From: Eledone cirrhosa
Taxonomy: Eukaryota
DNA length: 64,000 nucleotides
Assembly: GCA_964016885.1 (NCBI GenBank)
Contig: OZ024741.1
Span: 199,082,001 to 199,146,000 of the forward strand
Direction of reading: 5' to 3'
Shown in pieces: positions 1 through 12,412 of this stretch. Within the stretch, counting starts at the first letter, position 1. Each line of letters opens with the position of its first letter. Below the pieces are notes generated by a model. That model ran no database searches. It saw only the letters and a program-made list of their open reading frames with translations, and was not told where the DNA came from. The position numbers and the translations under genes were made by a program.

Positions 1-257
1 TGTGAGTAGAGACATCTCAGTGAATCGAGAATTTATGCTGCCTACACGTGCCAATACAAGGTTGAAAAAAAAATATTTCTAACGCGCGAGAAAATGATAG
101 TGCAATTTTGAAAGTGACAATGATGAAAAAGAAAGGCTTCAATCAGCATAATCATTGGTGTGAACTTTTGAAAAAAAACAAAAAACTTGAACGATGAACA
201 AAAGGCAATGGTTCATCGAAAATAAATGTTCCTGTTGAAATGTTTTTTAAAGAATAT

Positions 258-396
258 CAAATTTCTTTTTTTTTTGTGTTTTGAAAGAGTTCGTTGTAAG
301 AAACGGGAAACATATATATATCGTGAAATGTTTTTTTTTGTTTTGAAAGTGTTCGTTGTAAGAAACGAGAAACATATATATATATATTGGTGAAAT
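258..396. repeat. Local tandem duplication, two ~62-bp units
   Basis: gttcgttgtaagaaacg(g/a)gaaacatatatata occurs near 289 and 351 with matching flanks. Confidence 0.75.
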
Positions 397-996
397 GCGA
401 CAGTTAATTGATGCGTGAGAGAAAAAGTATGTCTGTGCGAATTCCACATGTGCGTGTGTGCGTGTCCTTGAGTATTTTCATAGTTTGTCGCTAAATTTGC
501 TGTGTATTCGTAATGTTACTCACAAAACCAGATGTGCTATTTTTTTCTTTTTTTGGGGGGGTGACCACTTATAGCGATGAACGGCTGCGTGTTCGTATCA
601 CGTCAGGGTTACCAATATAGCGAGGATACTGATGTATGAATGTAACAAAACGAGACATTGTTTGTGTATATAATATTTAATTAACGGTAGATAGAATACT
701 TGACATGTCAAAGATAGATGTTAGAATGAAACAAAGTTAGTAGTTACCGTTTTGGTTGCCAGGCAAACGCGGCTGGCAGAGGGCGCCTGGCTAAGGCCAG
801 GCGCCTGTTCGCCAAATTAATGGCAGAGCCAAATGAGAGGCTCTTCGACCTAGTGCCGAAAAGGCAAAGAGAGAGAGGAAGCTTAAAGTTGTTAGTTTTA
901 TAGGGCTCTGACCGGAAGTTGCAGAAAGGGTTCCACTTCCCGTCTAGATCCTAATCAAAACAAGGGAGACAACCGCTACAAAAGTTTAACTATAAT

Positions 997-1050
997 TGTT
1001 TATATTTTAGGCACAAGGCCAGCAATCACCCAGTACATTACTGGTACTTT
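997..1050 (-). mobile_element. 5'-truncated SINE 3' end with 16-bp target-site duplication
   Basis: SINE tail (ggcacaaggccagcaat...actggtactt) flanked by aaagtttaactataat at 981-996 and 1051-1066. Confidence 0.8.
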
Positions 1051-1603
1051 AAAGTTTAACTATAATAAAGATAAAATAGAAAGTACAGTAAAACATAAAA
1101 ATATTACTAAACACTTCAATAATGATGAAGGTTATGAGCTATTGCTCATTAAAAATCCATCTTATTTTCGGGACTTATATCGCTCAATAATTATCTGCAG
1201 CTGTTTGTTTATATCTTTATACTTTTATTTGGTCTAACAGATCTCACTTTGATCAAATTCATATATGTAATTCACGTCATCCACAAGTGTCTTACTTCTG
1301 CGGATACTGTTAAAAAGATGAGACATGGTGTATATATATTTCCTTTTTAAGTAAGGAACGAGGCAGAGATGGATCACGGATAAACCTGTAAACCCTTTAA
1401 ATAAAACACCCGAATGGATGACGGAAATGATACTTTCAGTTAACTTAATTATTCTGTAAATAAACAATGTATTGTATTAATAAAGAAGGTTAACATGGCT
1501 TTAGTAATATTTGTTTCCCTTTTCGTATAGTTACTGTATTTATAGTTACTTGTTTATATTACAAATACTGTATTAGTTTTATGTTTTGAACTGATAATAA
1601 ATA

Positions 1604-1781
1604 ATAATTGTTTCTATTTTAGGCACAAGGCCAGCAATTATTCAGTACATTACTGGTACTTTATTTTATCGACCCCGTAAGGATGAAAGGCAAAGTTAAC
1701 CTCGGCGGGATTTGAACTCAGATCGTAAAGGGACGTAACTATGTTGGAAAGCATGTCCGACCCTCTACCGATAGTGCCAAT
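1604..1781 (-). mobile_element. tRNA-derived SINE (Meta/MESC-type core)
   Basis: Reverse complement has A-box-like TGGCACTATCGG, B-box GAGTTCAAATCC, core GCCTTTCATCCTTACGGGGTCGATAAAATAAAGTACCAG and an (ATT)n tail; many copies in the window. Confidence 0.85.
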
Positions 1782-1937
1782 GAATTTCAATATTTTATTT
1801 TTTCTAATATTGGGAATGAAATTGACTGGCAGTCAAATTACCAGGGAATAAAAATTATCGGAGTCAAAATACCGGAAGTGAAATTACCAGAAGTCAAATT
1901 ACCGGCTACCATTCTAACAACTCTGCCAATTTGTCAC

Positions 1938-2108
1938 GGCAGTATCGGTAGAGGATCGGACGTCATGCTTTCCAGCATAGTTATGCCCCGAGTTTAAATC
2001 CCGCTGAGGTTAACTTTGCCTTTCATCCTTACGGGGTCAATAAAATAAAGTACCAGTAATGTACTGATTTAATTGCTGGCCTTGTGCCAATAGTAGAAAC
2101 AATTATTA
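1938..2108 (+). mobile_element. tRNA-derived SINE, inverted relative to the 1604-1781 copy
   Basis: Same A-box, B-box, core and tail as the other copies, with a small internal deletion. Confidence 0.85.
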
Positions 2109-2514
2109 TATAAATATTTGGTCAGCTAAATGTATGGCTTTAGCTATATGCCAAGGGTTTCGGTTCTTCAGTTTTGCCATTGTGTCAAGTTCTTGATCAA
2201 AGTTTTTTTAAACTCTTTTCTCTGTAAATAATCAAATCATCAACACTATTTTCCATGCTTGTGTAGGTTAGACATATGTTGTTTTCTGACTTTGTAGGCA
2301 TGTCCACGGGTGTTAGACACATGGAATTCAAAAAGGTGCTCTTGGTTTGTCTATGGTATGTCGTTCATGCACGCTAACATTAGACATCCAATTTACTGCA
2401 TTTTACTTTCATTAACTGCTTTGATTTATTTACTATTTTACAATTTACTTTTATCTGTGTTTTAAACAAAATTATATTTTGAATATTCAAGTATATTTTC
2501 GACAATTTTGCCAA

Positions 2515-2523
2515 TTCCTTAAC
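2515..2523 (+). promoter_or_regulatory. U12-type (minor spliceosome) branch-point sequence
   Basis: TTCCTTAAC lies 10 nt upstream of the exon start (CAG at 2531-2533), with no polypyrimidine tract. Confidence 0.75.
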
Positions 2524-2533
2524 TAATGTTCAG

Positions 2534-2596
2534 ACATTCACTGGATCCATATTAGTGGCTGTGAATCCTTACAAAAGTCTACCAATTTATGAAGAG
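2534..2596 (+). CDS. Unconventional myosin motor domain, exon a (TFTGSILVAVNPYKSLPIYEE)
   Basis: cag|ACA...GAG|gtaagt; matches the myosin N-terminal YTY.G.IL.AVNPY motif; phase 0/0; upstream exons are outside the window. Confidence 0.93.
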
Positions 2597-2694
2597 GTAA
2601 GTACAATTAAATACCTAAATGTTGTTGTTAATAAGATTATGATTTTTAACACTATCAATCTTATCTTTAGAAATAAAAAGATTTTTTTTTTATT

Positions 2695-2856
2695 TACCGA
2701 CGCCGAAGATGCTGCCTCCTCGAGGACGCACCCTAATTTTGACAACCAAAAATTTGGAAAAAATAATAAACAACCTTCAGCCTCCAGGACACATGGTAGA
2801 TTTATGAGACTTATTTTAGGAAAAAAGTAGTTTCTTCGACGCCGAGAAATATGGTA
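2695..2856. mobile_element. Degenerate Tc1/mariner/pogo-type MITE remnant
   Basis: TACCG... start and ...gagaaatatggta end resemble TA-flanked pogo/Tc2-type terminal repeats; family recognised from memory only. Confidence 0.4.
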
Positions 2857-3119
2857 CATCTACAAAGGGGTTGGATTAAGAGAATTGGTAGAGTGTTGAA
2901 TAAAATGCCGTTGTGATAATATTCTGGCTCTTAACCTTCTGAGTTCTATTCTCACTAAGGTCAACTTTGCCTTTCATCCTCCAGGGATGGATAAAATAAA
3001 GTATCACTCAAATACTGGGGTTAATTTAATTAACCTGTGCCTAAATTAGAAATCAATATTTAGATCTGTACTATATTTTGATCGATTACCTGCTGATGAT
3101 CACAGATCAAACTGACCAA

Positions 3120-3360
3120 AACATTGTGTAGGTATAAATATTTTCATGGAAATTGTTCTGATGAACTTTCCTTTTTGTTGCCTCATTTTTATGAATTTAA
3201 ATGGAATACTAGATTTGTGGCTAGGTCTCATCTCTTTACAGCTGAAGTTCCTAAATGTAATCACAAATTCTATTCTGATAGTTTATTCCCTGGCACATCT
3301 TGCCTATGGAATTCTCTTCTGGCTTCCTGACCACTACAACTTGCAAAAATTCAAAAGAAC
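3120..3360 (+). mobile_element. LINE (CR1/L2/Jockey group) ORF2 C-terminal remnant
   Basis: YKYFHGNCSDEL...SLFPGTSCLWNSL resembles the C-terminal SFFPRT..LWNSLP motif of LINE ORF2. Confidence 0.6.
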
Positions 3361-4209
3361 CAACCTCAGTACTGAACTGATACTTTTTATCAACCTCAAA
3401 AGGATGAAAGGCAAAGTTGATTTCTCCAGGTTTTAAGCTCGAAGTGCAGAGAGCCAGAATGAATATTACAAAGCATTCTATCTGGCGTTTTAGTAAGTCG
3501 GTCAATTTTTCACCTGATATATAGCACATCTCAATAAGATATGTTAATATAGAGAATTATTTAATGTTTTAAATCTTATTGTAAAAGTGAAATGTCTGAG
3601 TATATTATCTCACCTGCTGTAAGTTCAGCTCCATTGCAGGTATTTCAATGTATTTCTAGCTAAAACATTATTTTATATTGTGTCCATTCACATTGCTATT
3701 AAATGTAGATACCAGAACATCTAAAAATGTGACTTATGATAGGCCGCCGTACTATCCCAAGTGAGATTTATCTTATATCTGGTTAACGTATTGGATACTA
3801 ACCTGCTGGAAAATGGCCCTGGTTCTATGATACAAAACTGTTTATTTTAAGTTTTTTTTAATATTTATCTAAAAACCTTCCATCGTACCTTTATGTAAGA
3901 AACTTTGGTATAATCCAATCACCAGCTTAATACAGAGATTACTAATTCCCTACAAATTCTTGATTATTTAAAAAATTAATCGAAACATAGGCAATGTATT
4001 TCCTTAGAAGTATGGTACCGGAAGGGTTAATGTAATGGAACCAGGGTTAATCACTTATTAAATATCCATTTTTAAGAGTCATTTGCATTCATTTATTTTC
4101 ATCAAGCATTATTGTCTCCTATTGTAGATATTGAATGAATAGCATAGTAAGATGTTCTCATAACCAAGTATTTCCATGACAACTAAATTTCAATGTCTTC
4201 TAATTGCAG

Positions 4210-4353
4210 AAGGATGTCCAAGAATATAGTGGCAAGAAGTTAACTCAGGTGCAGCCACATGTTTTTGCCATTTCTGAAGCTGCATTTCAGCATCTTCGTA
4301 CATCTGATGACAATCAATCTTGTATCATTAGCGGAGAGAGTGGTGCTGGGAAG
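4210..4353 (+). CDS. Myosin exon b with P-loop (…PHVFAISEAAF…NQSCIISGESGAGK)
   Basis: ttgcag|AAG...AAG|gcaagt; 144 nt, phase 0/0; GESGAGK P-loop; GC donor. Confidence 0.95.
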
Positions 4354-4690
4354 GCAAGTAATTTCATAACTTTTTACTGTAAATTCTAGTTATGATATCA
4401 AGAGATACTAAATCATTGGACTTGTATCTATTTATACTAGGTTATATGAGTGGTAGCAAACTGTTTTGTTTTCTTTTCAGAATATGAGATACCCCCCCCC
4501 CCCTTTTTTTTATTATAGAGATTTAATGCTTATGAAAAACTCTTTTTCCTTGTATCTGTTTTTGCTAGTTTCTATTGCAGTATATTACCTTCAAGGTTGA
4601 GATCAGTTTTATATTTTATTTAAGGCAAAAAAGTTGGTTGATTTGGTTGTCTTTTTTAAAATCCTTTGTTTTTTCTTCTCTCTCTTATAG

Positions 4691-4799
4691 ACAGAAACAA
4701 CTAAATTTATTTTGCAATATTTATGTTCGGTTACAAATCATACGTCATTTTGGGTGGAGCAGCAAATCCTTGAAGCAAATACAATTTTGGAAGCTTTTG
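4691..4799 (+). CDS. Myosin exon c ([11 protein letters not shown]…[15 protein letters not shown])
   Basis: tatag|ACA...TTTG|gtaagt; 109 nt, phase 0/1; continues GESGAGK-TETTK and starts LEAFG. Confidence 0.95.
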
Positions 4800-7176
4800 G
4801 TAAGTCTTGTTTATAAGCATCAACATTAAAGTATGAGAGAGTTGTTAATTAGCATGAAGAGCAGAGCATGCATGAGGTGAAAGAGAAAGTGAGTATAACA
4901 GACCTCAAATGTAGTATGCAAGAGAGAAGACTACATAATATGGTCATGTGATGTGAATAGGGATGATTATTGGGTGAAGAAATGCCAGTAGCTCCCAGTG
5001 AAAGAAAGCTGCAGTAGAAGAAGCCCAAGGAAAACCTGAGCAGAGGTGGTGAGAATGAACCTCAAAAGGCTAATCCATCTAATCCATACAAGCATGGAAA
5101 AGCAAATGTAAATAGACGATGATGGTGATGATAATTGCTTCTCTATAGAGTTCAGCTTTGAAGCAGGAATTTACTTCAATTTATAATTTTCATTTGGAAG
5201 ATCACTCATCACTATAAAATCTTGTGAGAAGGGAAGCTGTACTGGATAAGACCCATCCAACTATGGAAAAATGGAAGTTAAAAAGGATGATGAGAATGAT
5301 GTGTGGCAAGGTGTTCTGTACAGAAAAGGAAAAGCCCTCTGTTTAATGGCAGTGAATTGATAATCTGTATAGCCTTACAATACTAATATTATGGAGATAT
5401 ATGATGTTTTGTCATCCACTACTAATTTAATCAATATGTCATGGATGATGTGATTGCATATTAATATATTCTCACTGAGTATATTAGAAAGCTTCTGGTA
5501 AATCATCAAAGATTTCGCTTATAACTTTTTCTTGGGAAAAGTATGAATATTGTACAATAATCCCATTACCCTTTCAGAAATTTTTGATACTAACCTGCCC
5601 CAAAACTGCCTCTGGTTCTATGAAACAAAACACCCATTTTAAAGGGCACCTATTTAAATTAAAACCTTACAACAACATGATTTTATATAAAAACCTTTTG
5701 TTACAAATGCAACCTCAAATTCTCCATTAATCAAAATGCAGTATATTTCATAAGAAATACAGTCATAGAAGGGTTGAAAGAAACTAATATCTTTGTGTGT
5801 TATTTGTACCAGTGAAAAGAAGACTAAATGAAATATATATCAGAAGTGTTATGTTGTATTGAAATGAATCAGTGATAGTAATTAATCTGTAGTAATTGGA
5901 GAAGACTTAGTAGAGTACAGTTTTCTAGATGTATGACATTAACTAGTAATAAAGATTTAGTGTAATAAAGCTAAGATTGATGAGCATTAAAGTCATCAAT
6001 ATATGTAGTAATAACAATTATTTTAGTATAGACATGTAATAGAAATCAATAATACAAAATGGGTAAAAAAATTGCTCTAATTTAGTAAAAGAAAATAGGG
6101 AGAAGTATTTAGATGAAGTATTACATTGTATGTTGTCAAATCAAATCTCTATTAAACATAATTGCAGTAAGGACTCATTCATTTTATACATGTAAGTATG
6201 AACCAGTAACTCCTAATGGAGTCATAGGGGTGCTGGTATGATATAGAGTGTGATTTGGGCATTTAAAACTTGGTGAAAGCAATCCCCTCTCCAAGTCGGA
6301 ACACAGCTGATTTCTTCCAGAGAAGGAGAGAATGAAAAAGAGATATAGAGAAATAATTCACTCCAGTACTGGATTAGTACTTTATTTATTGACCACGAAA
6401 GGATAAAAAGCAAAGTTGACCTCAGCAGGATTTGAATTGAGTGAGTGCAAAGAGCTGGAACAAATACAGCAAAGCATTCTATCTGACATGTTAATGACTC
6501 GGTCAATATGCTGCACATTTTATACATATATATCATAGTTCAATATAAGAACATACATTCACTTGAAAGGAGGCGAAGGCGACTAGGATTTCTATCTAAA
6601 GCAAGATAATCTATTTTTTTAATTTGATATTATTTGCAAATACCAAGTCAAGATTTTTTAGTTTGTTTTTATAAGTATGTGTTAGAATAAATTGGATTTC
6701 AAGTACAACACATACCTTCATTGTTGTTCTTGACATGCAAGAAGTAGAGCACTTTACTGGATATTTTACAGAATCTATTTTGGTATTACATATTTTTGTA
6801 TTAAAAATTCCATTAAAATTGATTTTGCTTTTCATCTAAAGGTCAATATAATAAATGGAAAAAGTGAAACGAAATTTCATTTCTCACTTATAGTCAATAT
6901 AATATTTCATACTTATAGTCAATATAATATTTATCCGTAATATACTCATATTGATTTAAGAAAGGTATTACTATACTAGTAGAAATGCTACTATTGTGTG
7001 CTTTAATCCTTTCAATACACAACTGTCTTAAGTTGCCCTTGGTTTTATGATATAAAATGATTATGTTTATTTTAAATTGTTTATATTTATTTAAAAACCT
7101 TCTATTATAGTTTTATGTTAGCACTTTTAAGTTCTAGATACCAGCTTAATAATGAGAAAATTAGACACTTTACTAA

Positions 7177-7432
7177 ATGCTGAAGCATGGAACAAACTGC
7201 CTGTGTCAGTTGTTAGCTGCCGAGACACTGCATCCTTTAAAACCCTCATGCTTCCCAAAATTTGCCAAAACTACACCTGATGTCCCTCTTCCATACACAT
7301 GCACACATGTGTATATCATGACTCATGCATTGTTCATTTTCGTTTGTACATTACTCTATGTACTATACATACACTTTTGATGAGTTGTAGTGCACCTGAG
7401 CACTGTACACAATATTTTCATTATTATTATTT
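7177..7432 (+). mobile_element. CR1-group LINE 3' end inserted in a MITE
   Basis: EAWNKLP-coding segment, 3' UTR and (ATT)n tail; similar to 28935-29265. Confidence 0.7.
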
Positions 7433-8423
7433 ATTTAAATTAATGATTATTTGCAAAATATAGGCAGTATCTTTCAATAGAAATAAGGTAATGAAAGGAT
7501 TAAGTGGATAGCTGACAAGCCCTATATACCTTGAGTATGAGCAGTGTTATATATTTGTTTTTTCATTGAAAATACTCTACATAATCCATATATTGTACCT
7601 AGCAGTGTTATTTTCTGGCTGTTTGGTTATATATTCCTCTGCATCTTTTCCTTATACTACCTATTATTATTGGGGTTGTTTCAATTTTTAATCCCCTCAT
7701 TTTTTGCCATGTGTAGCCCAGTTTTTAGAATAGGTATACCACATAAGAGGTAACTAAGATGGTTGCCATCAGGAGGGGCATCTGACTGTAAAGCATTGTC
7801 TCAAAATATCCCATACAACTCATGCCAGCATGGAAGAGTGAATGCAAAAGCAATGATGAGCAATGATTTTGAAAGAAAGATGAAAAAGATGAGCCTAGCC
7901 AGAAGGTATCTTGGATGTTAGAAGAGGAACCTAGGATGCTTAAGCAGGAGCCGGTTTCCACAGAATCATATAACTTCACAGTGATCTGACAGAATAACTA
8001 TGAACTGCTTACCTTAAATGTTTGATCTAGAAGAAAATCAACCAACAAATATATTGATGAAGTGCAAGATGTCATGCAAATGTCAGAAGCACTAATAGAT
8101 GTCAGACTCTACAAGCCTCAACTTATCCCAAAAAGGCTTATGGGTGCAATTGGGTGCAAACACCTTCAATACACTGAATTTCAAGCAGGAAGATTTGTGG
8201 AATGCACTGACCTGATCTAACTGGTGGATTATCCCCAGTGTTTTAAATTTTTTAAAATTATATATATATTTTTAAAAATTATTGTTTGATTTGTAATATA
8301 ATTATCTATTTATTTTGTGTTTAATTTATATAAAGATTTTAGCATGTTTAATATAAACTCTATAATGTCTCTGATCCTCTTATTTTTATATGTTACTGTT
8401 ATTATTAATATTATTTTTTTCAG

Positions 8424-8998
8424 GAAATGCAAAAACAGTTCGAAATGACAACTCTAGTCGCTTTGGTAAATTCATGCAAGTTTGCTTTGATAAGAACAAC
8501 CAGATTATTGGCTGTATCGTGCAGGATTACTTACTTGAGCAATCCAGGATTACATTCCAGTCAGCCAATGAACGAAATTACCATGTCTTTTATCAAGTGG
8601 TTGCTGGTGCTACAGCTAACCCAGAGATCAAGGAACAGTATTATCTTAAGGATATTACCACTTACAATTACTTAAACCAGAGTGGCTGTTACAAACTTGA
8701 TGGATTTGATGATTCAGCCATGTTTGATGCCTTACGTCTTGCCTTTGAAGTACTAAATATACCATCAGTGATGGTCAGTGGTATATTCTCGGTGATTTCC
8801 TCTGTTTTGTTGCTAGGCAACTTGCAGTTTGAAGATATTGATGGTGAGAAGTGTCAACTAACTGAAAGCGACAAAGATATATTAAGCAATGTCTGTGATC
8901 TACTGGGTCTTTCTAAAGAAGGAATGATCGAAACAGCCCTCTATCGCCAAATACACGTTCGTGGAACTGTTACTAGTATACCATTTAAGGTACAAGAG
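8424..8998 (+). CDS. Myosin exon d with switch I ([17 protein letters not shown]…YLLEQSR…ERNYHVFYQ…SIPFKVQE)
   Basis: ttcag|GA...GAG|gttagt; 575 nt, phase 1/0; canonical motor-domain motifs. Confidence 0.97.
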
Positions 8999-9182
8999 GT
9001 TAGTATTTGCTTCTTCTTTTTGGGTATTAAACTGTTGCTGTCTCAGGTTGTTGTTGTTTGTCTGATCAAAATCAGTGATCAGTTTTCAGTGCCCACTGCA
9101 AGGAGGTTAATAACTTAGGCCCCAAGTATTTCCTGTGTTTTTGTTTTCCCTCTTTCACCACCCGTAGTCAGGTCACTCTTGA

Positions 9183-9430
9183 GTGCTACTGGTAACATGT
9201 AACACAGTACAACCTGTCTCATGGATGAGTCATTGGCGACTAAACCGGCAACCCCACTAAATTTGTTTGGTGAGGAGGGTGATATTGGGCACCCTGCGGG
9301 AGGAAAAACAAAGTCCATCAAAAGGTGGAAGAACTCAGGAGGTCGACAGAGCTTGTTAGCCTTAGTTGGGAGTATGTCTAGGAGAAGGATAACTGATTTC
9401 AAAACTATAGTAGATGGGACTCCTTAATCA
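9183..9430 (+). repeat. Interspersed repeat, second copy at ~21865-22130
   Basis: gctactggtaacatgtaac.cagtacaacctgt...ttggcgactaaacc.gcaacccca...tggtgagga shared between the two loci; possibly a LINE 5' region. Confidence 0.65.
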
Positions 9431-9821
9431 CTTAGGTGGTCTTTCAAGTGGCCAATGGTTTCATCCATGTGATGAAGATGGATGAGTTGTGGCTCAGTCG
9501 CCAGCTTACAAGTAATTGTCGGATGAGAATTTGAGACCCACTGATGTCACTTTTTTTCCTAATGATAATCATGGAAATATAGATTGTTTAGGGTCCCTGA
9601 GGATGGGAAGATGGAGTGATGTGCCATTTAAGGCATAACCATAAATATGGTCTGAGAAAAATGTTGAACCCTTATACATCATATACAAACACATGGAGCA
9701 AATTATTATGTTTGACTAAACAAACCAATCATTCATCTGAACAAATAACACTACTTCCACTAGAACCACCACTTCACACCACTACCACACTTTGTCTGCC
9801 ATCCTAATGTTTATTCTTTAG

Positions 9822-10019
9822 CCCTTTAGCATTCACATTACTCTATATTTGCTATTATATTTTCATGGTAAAGGCTTTATCTCGCATAATTATCTCACAT
9901 AATATCGAATCTATGAGATTTTGATATTATCTATGTTGAGAACAATACCTTAACATCAGTTTCAACAGAAAAAGGTAGAGAATTCTGACTGGTTTGGGCC
10001 GGTTTGAACATTAAAGGGG
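9822..10019 (+). mobile_element. piggyBac-type MITE (family B), diverged
   Basis: CCCTTTAGCATT start and aaaggggTTAA end; internal similarity to 53720-53928 and 34567-34786. Confidence 0.7.
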
Positions 10020-10636
10020 TTAAACAATGTTTAATTTCACCATTTTGTAAGTTTTTAAAATTGAATATCTTATTTATTGTTAAAAACATGACAAGAATAT
10101 TTAAGATCTTACTTTCTTGTTACATTTGTGAGTGTGTGTATACATATACACACATATCTCTATCAACAGTTTGATATATTTATGCATTACCAGTGATTGC
10201 TGACATTTGTGCACATCTATCCCCACATAAATAAGCCAAAATGTTGATATAATTATTCTATACTAGCAGCATGTGTAGTGTGTATATTGATATTATATGC
10301 AGGTAATATACATGTAGATATGATACATCAAATAAAATCGTAATTGACAATATATAATACATAGAAATTGAACGAAGACTGCGTTACACTGTCTTATTTA
10401 ATCAGTAACGTAATCCATGATACATTAAAAAAGACGATATTATATATAAACTGCATTAGGAGGAAATTAGTGACAGAAAATTAGTATGTTTATTTAAGCG
10501 ATAGCCAAGCGGAAGTGTTGACATTTCAGAAATTTTCAAGAACTGAATCTTTAAATAAACAAAATATATTTAATCAACAGCCACGAAATTTAGTTGATAA
10601 ATTATGTAATATTCATTCATTATTTATTCAAAGTAA

Positions 10637-10823
10637 GGGCGATGGATTGGCAGTATCGGTAGAGGGTCGGACGCCATGCTTTGACGCATAGAGTTACGGT
10701 CTTTGCCATTCTGAGTTCAAATCCCGCTGAGGTTAACTTTGCCTTTCATCCTTACGGGGTCGATAAAATAAAGTACCAGTAATGCACTGGGTAATTGCTG
10801 GCCTTGTACCTAAAGTAGAAACA
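10637..10823 (+). mobile_element. Full-length tRNA-derived SINE with 18-bp TSD
   Basis: A-box TGGCAGTATCGG, B-box GAGTTCAAATCC and Meta-type core; attatttattcaaagtaa at 10619-10636 and 10824-10841. Confidence 0.9.
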
Positions 10824-11691
10824 ATTATTTATTCAAAGTAATCCAACTTATTTTACAAACGGGATGAAAAAAATAAAAAACGTACGCAATCCCGCAGACC
10901 TTCCTTTATTATAGTTGATCTGGGTGATGCATTATGTCCTTGAGCAAGATTCTTCATTTCATGTTACATTTTCTACCAGAAGTTGTGACCAGTAGATAGT
11001 ATCAGCAATGGAAAGACCAATGGAAACATTGTTTCCTTGGTCCGATTTGACAAATTCCATCCCTCTTGGTAAGTGAATGAGGTCTGGGGGCCTGTTGATC
11101 GATTTCCTTCCTTATAAAGTAAAGTTGTAAATCGGTGGCTAGTCGAGGGACAGAATTGTATCAGATTCCAGTTGCTAATCACTTTACCGTGTCAGCTGTC
11201 ACAAACAGTCATAGCCAGCATGGGCTGGTGTTTGGATTCTGTCGATCGATTGGTTATTGATTAGGCGATACCCGCTGATGAAGCCATATACGCCGATATA
11301 TATATATATATACACACACACATACGTGTGTCTGTGTGTGTAAGTTGGTAGTGACAGAGTTATGACAAAATGCACCCAGTTCATCCTGTAAAGTTGTTGG
11401 CATTAGGATGGACATCAGGCCATAGAAGACCAAACCAAAAGTGGAGCATGCGAGCAAGATGAAGTCCCCTGGCTGATCAAGCTGCAGTACATGACAACCA
11501 TCTAACCCCTTCAAGCAAGGAAAATAGTCATTAAACAGTGATGATGATGGTGGTGGTGATGATAGTGGTGATGATAATACTAGTGATGATGATGATGCTG
11601 GTGGTGGTGGTGGGGATGATGATGATTGCTGCAGATTTTAATTTTGATTTCATAAATTACTTATCACTGGTTTTCTTTTTTTCTGTTTCAG

Positions 11692-11841
11692 TCCAGTGAG
11701 AACAGGCATGCCATGGCTAAAGCCTTATATTCGCGAACATTTGCCTGGCTTGTTGATAGTATCAATAAATGTATCACCCCTGGAACTAACAGATCCAAGT
11801 TTATTGGCATTTTGGATATTTTTGGATTTGAGAATTTTCAG
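11692..11841 (+). CDS. Myosin exon e with switch II (…[17 protein letters not shown]…[13 protein letters not shown])
   Basis: ttcag|TCC...CAG|gtaagc; 150 nt, phase 0/0; DIFGFE switch II. Confidence 0.96.
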
Positions 11842-12353
11842 GTAAGCATTTCTTAAGAGTGTTCAGTGTGTTGTGTAATAGATAGATATTCTTGGTGAAC
11901 TGAAGTCACAAAGTCATGAAGTGAGCTGATGTATATTGTCTCTCTGAAACTGTTTTAGTACTTGAGAAAAGTATTAATGTCACAAAATCCACCATCACTT
12001 TCTTTGATTAGGAAAAGAAAAGGAAAAATCAAGCAATTGACATATTTATGTGAATTAAATAAGCATTTGATTGATTGATTGATTAATTAATTAATTTACG
12101 AAAGATTTAATACAAGATATTTGTTATCTTAATCTAAAATCTTATGTTCATGATATGCTTAAACACTTGTCATTAATTTAATATCTGTCACATCGCATTC
12201 TGAGAAATACAATACAACACAGCACGCATCAACAATAAACCACCACAACAGCATACACACGCACATGCACTCCCAACTTGCAAAATCAAATTTTGCTCTT
12301 AGTACAAATACTGTGCTAGGTTGTCAACCACTATCAATACCCCCCCCCCCCCC

Positions 12354-12410
<57 letters not shown>

Positions 12411-12412
<2 letters not shown>

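Noticed and set aside
8390-9118. Stand-alone 242-aa protein
   Set aside because: Only 8424-8998 is exon; both ends are intron read-through
10637-10730. tRNA gene
   Set aside because: A and B boxes belong to a SINE head followed by core and tail; no cloverleaf
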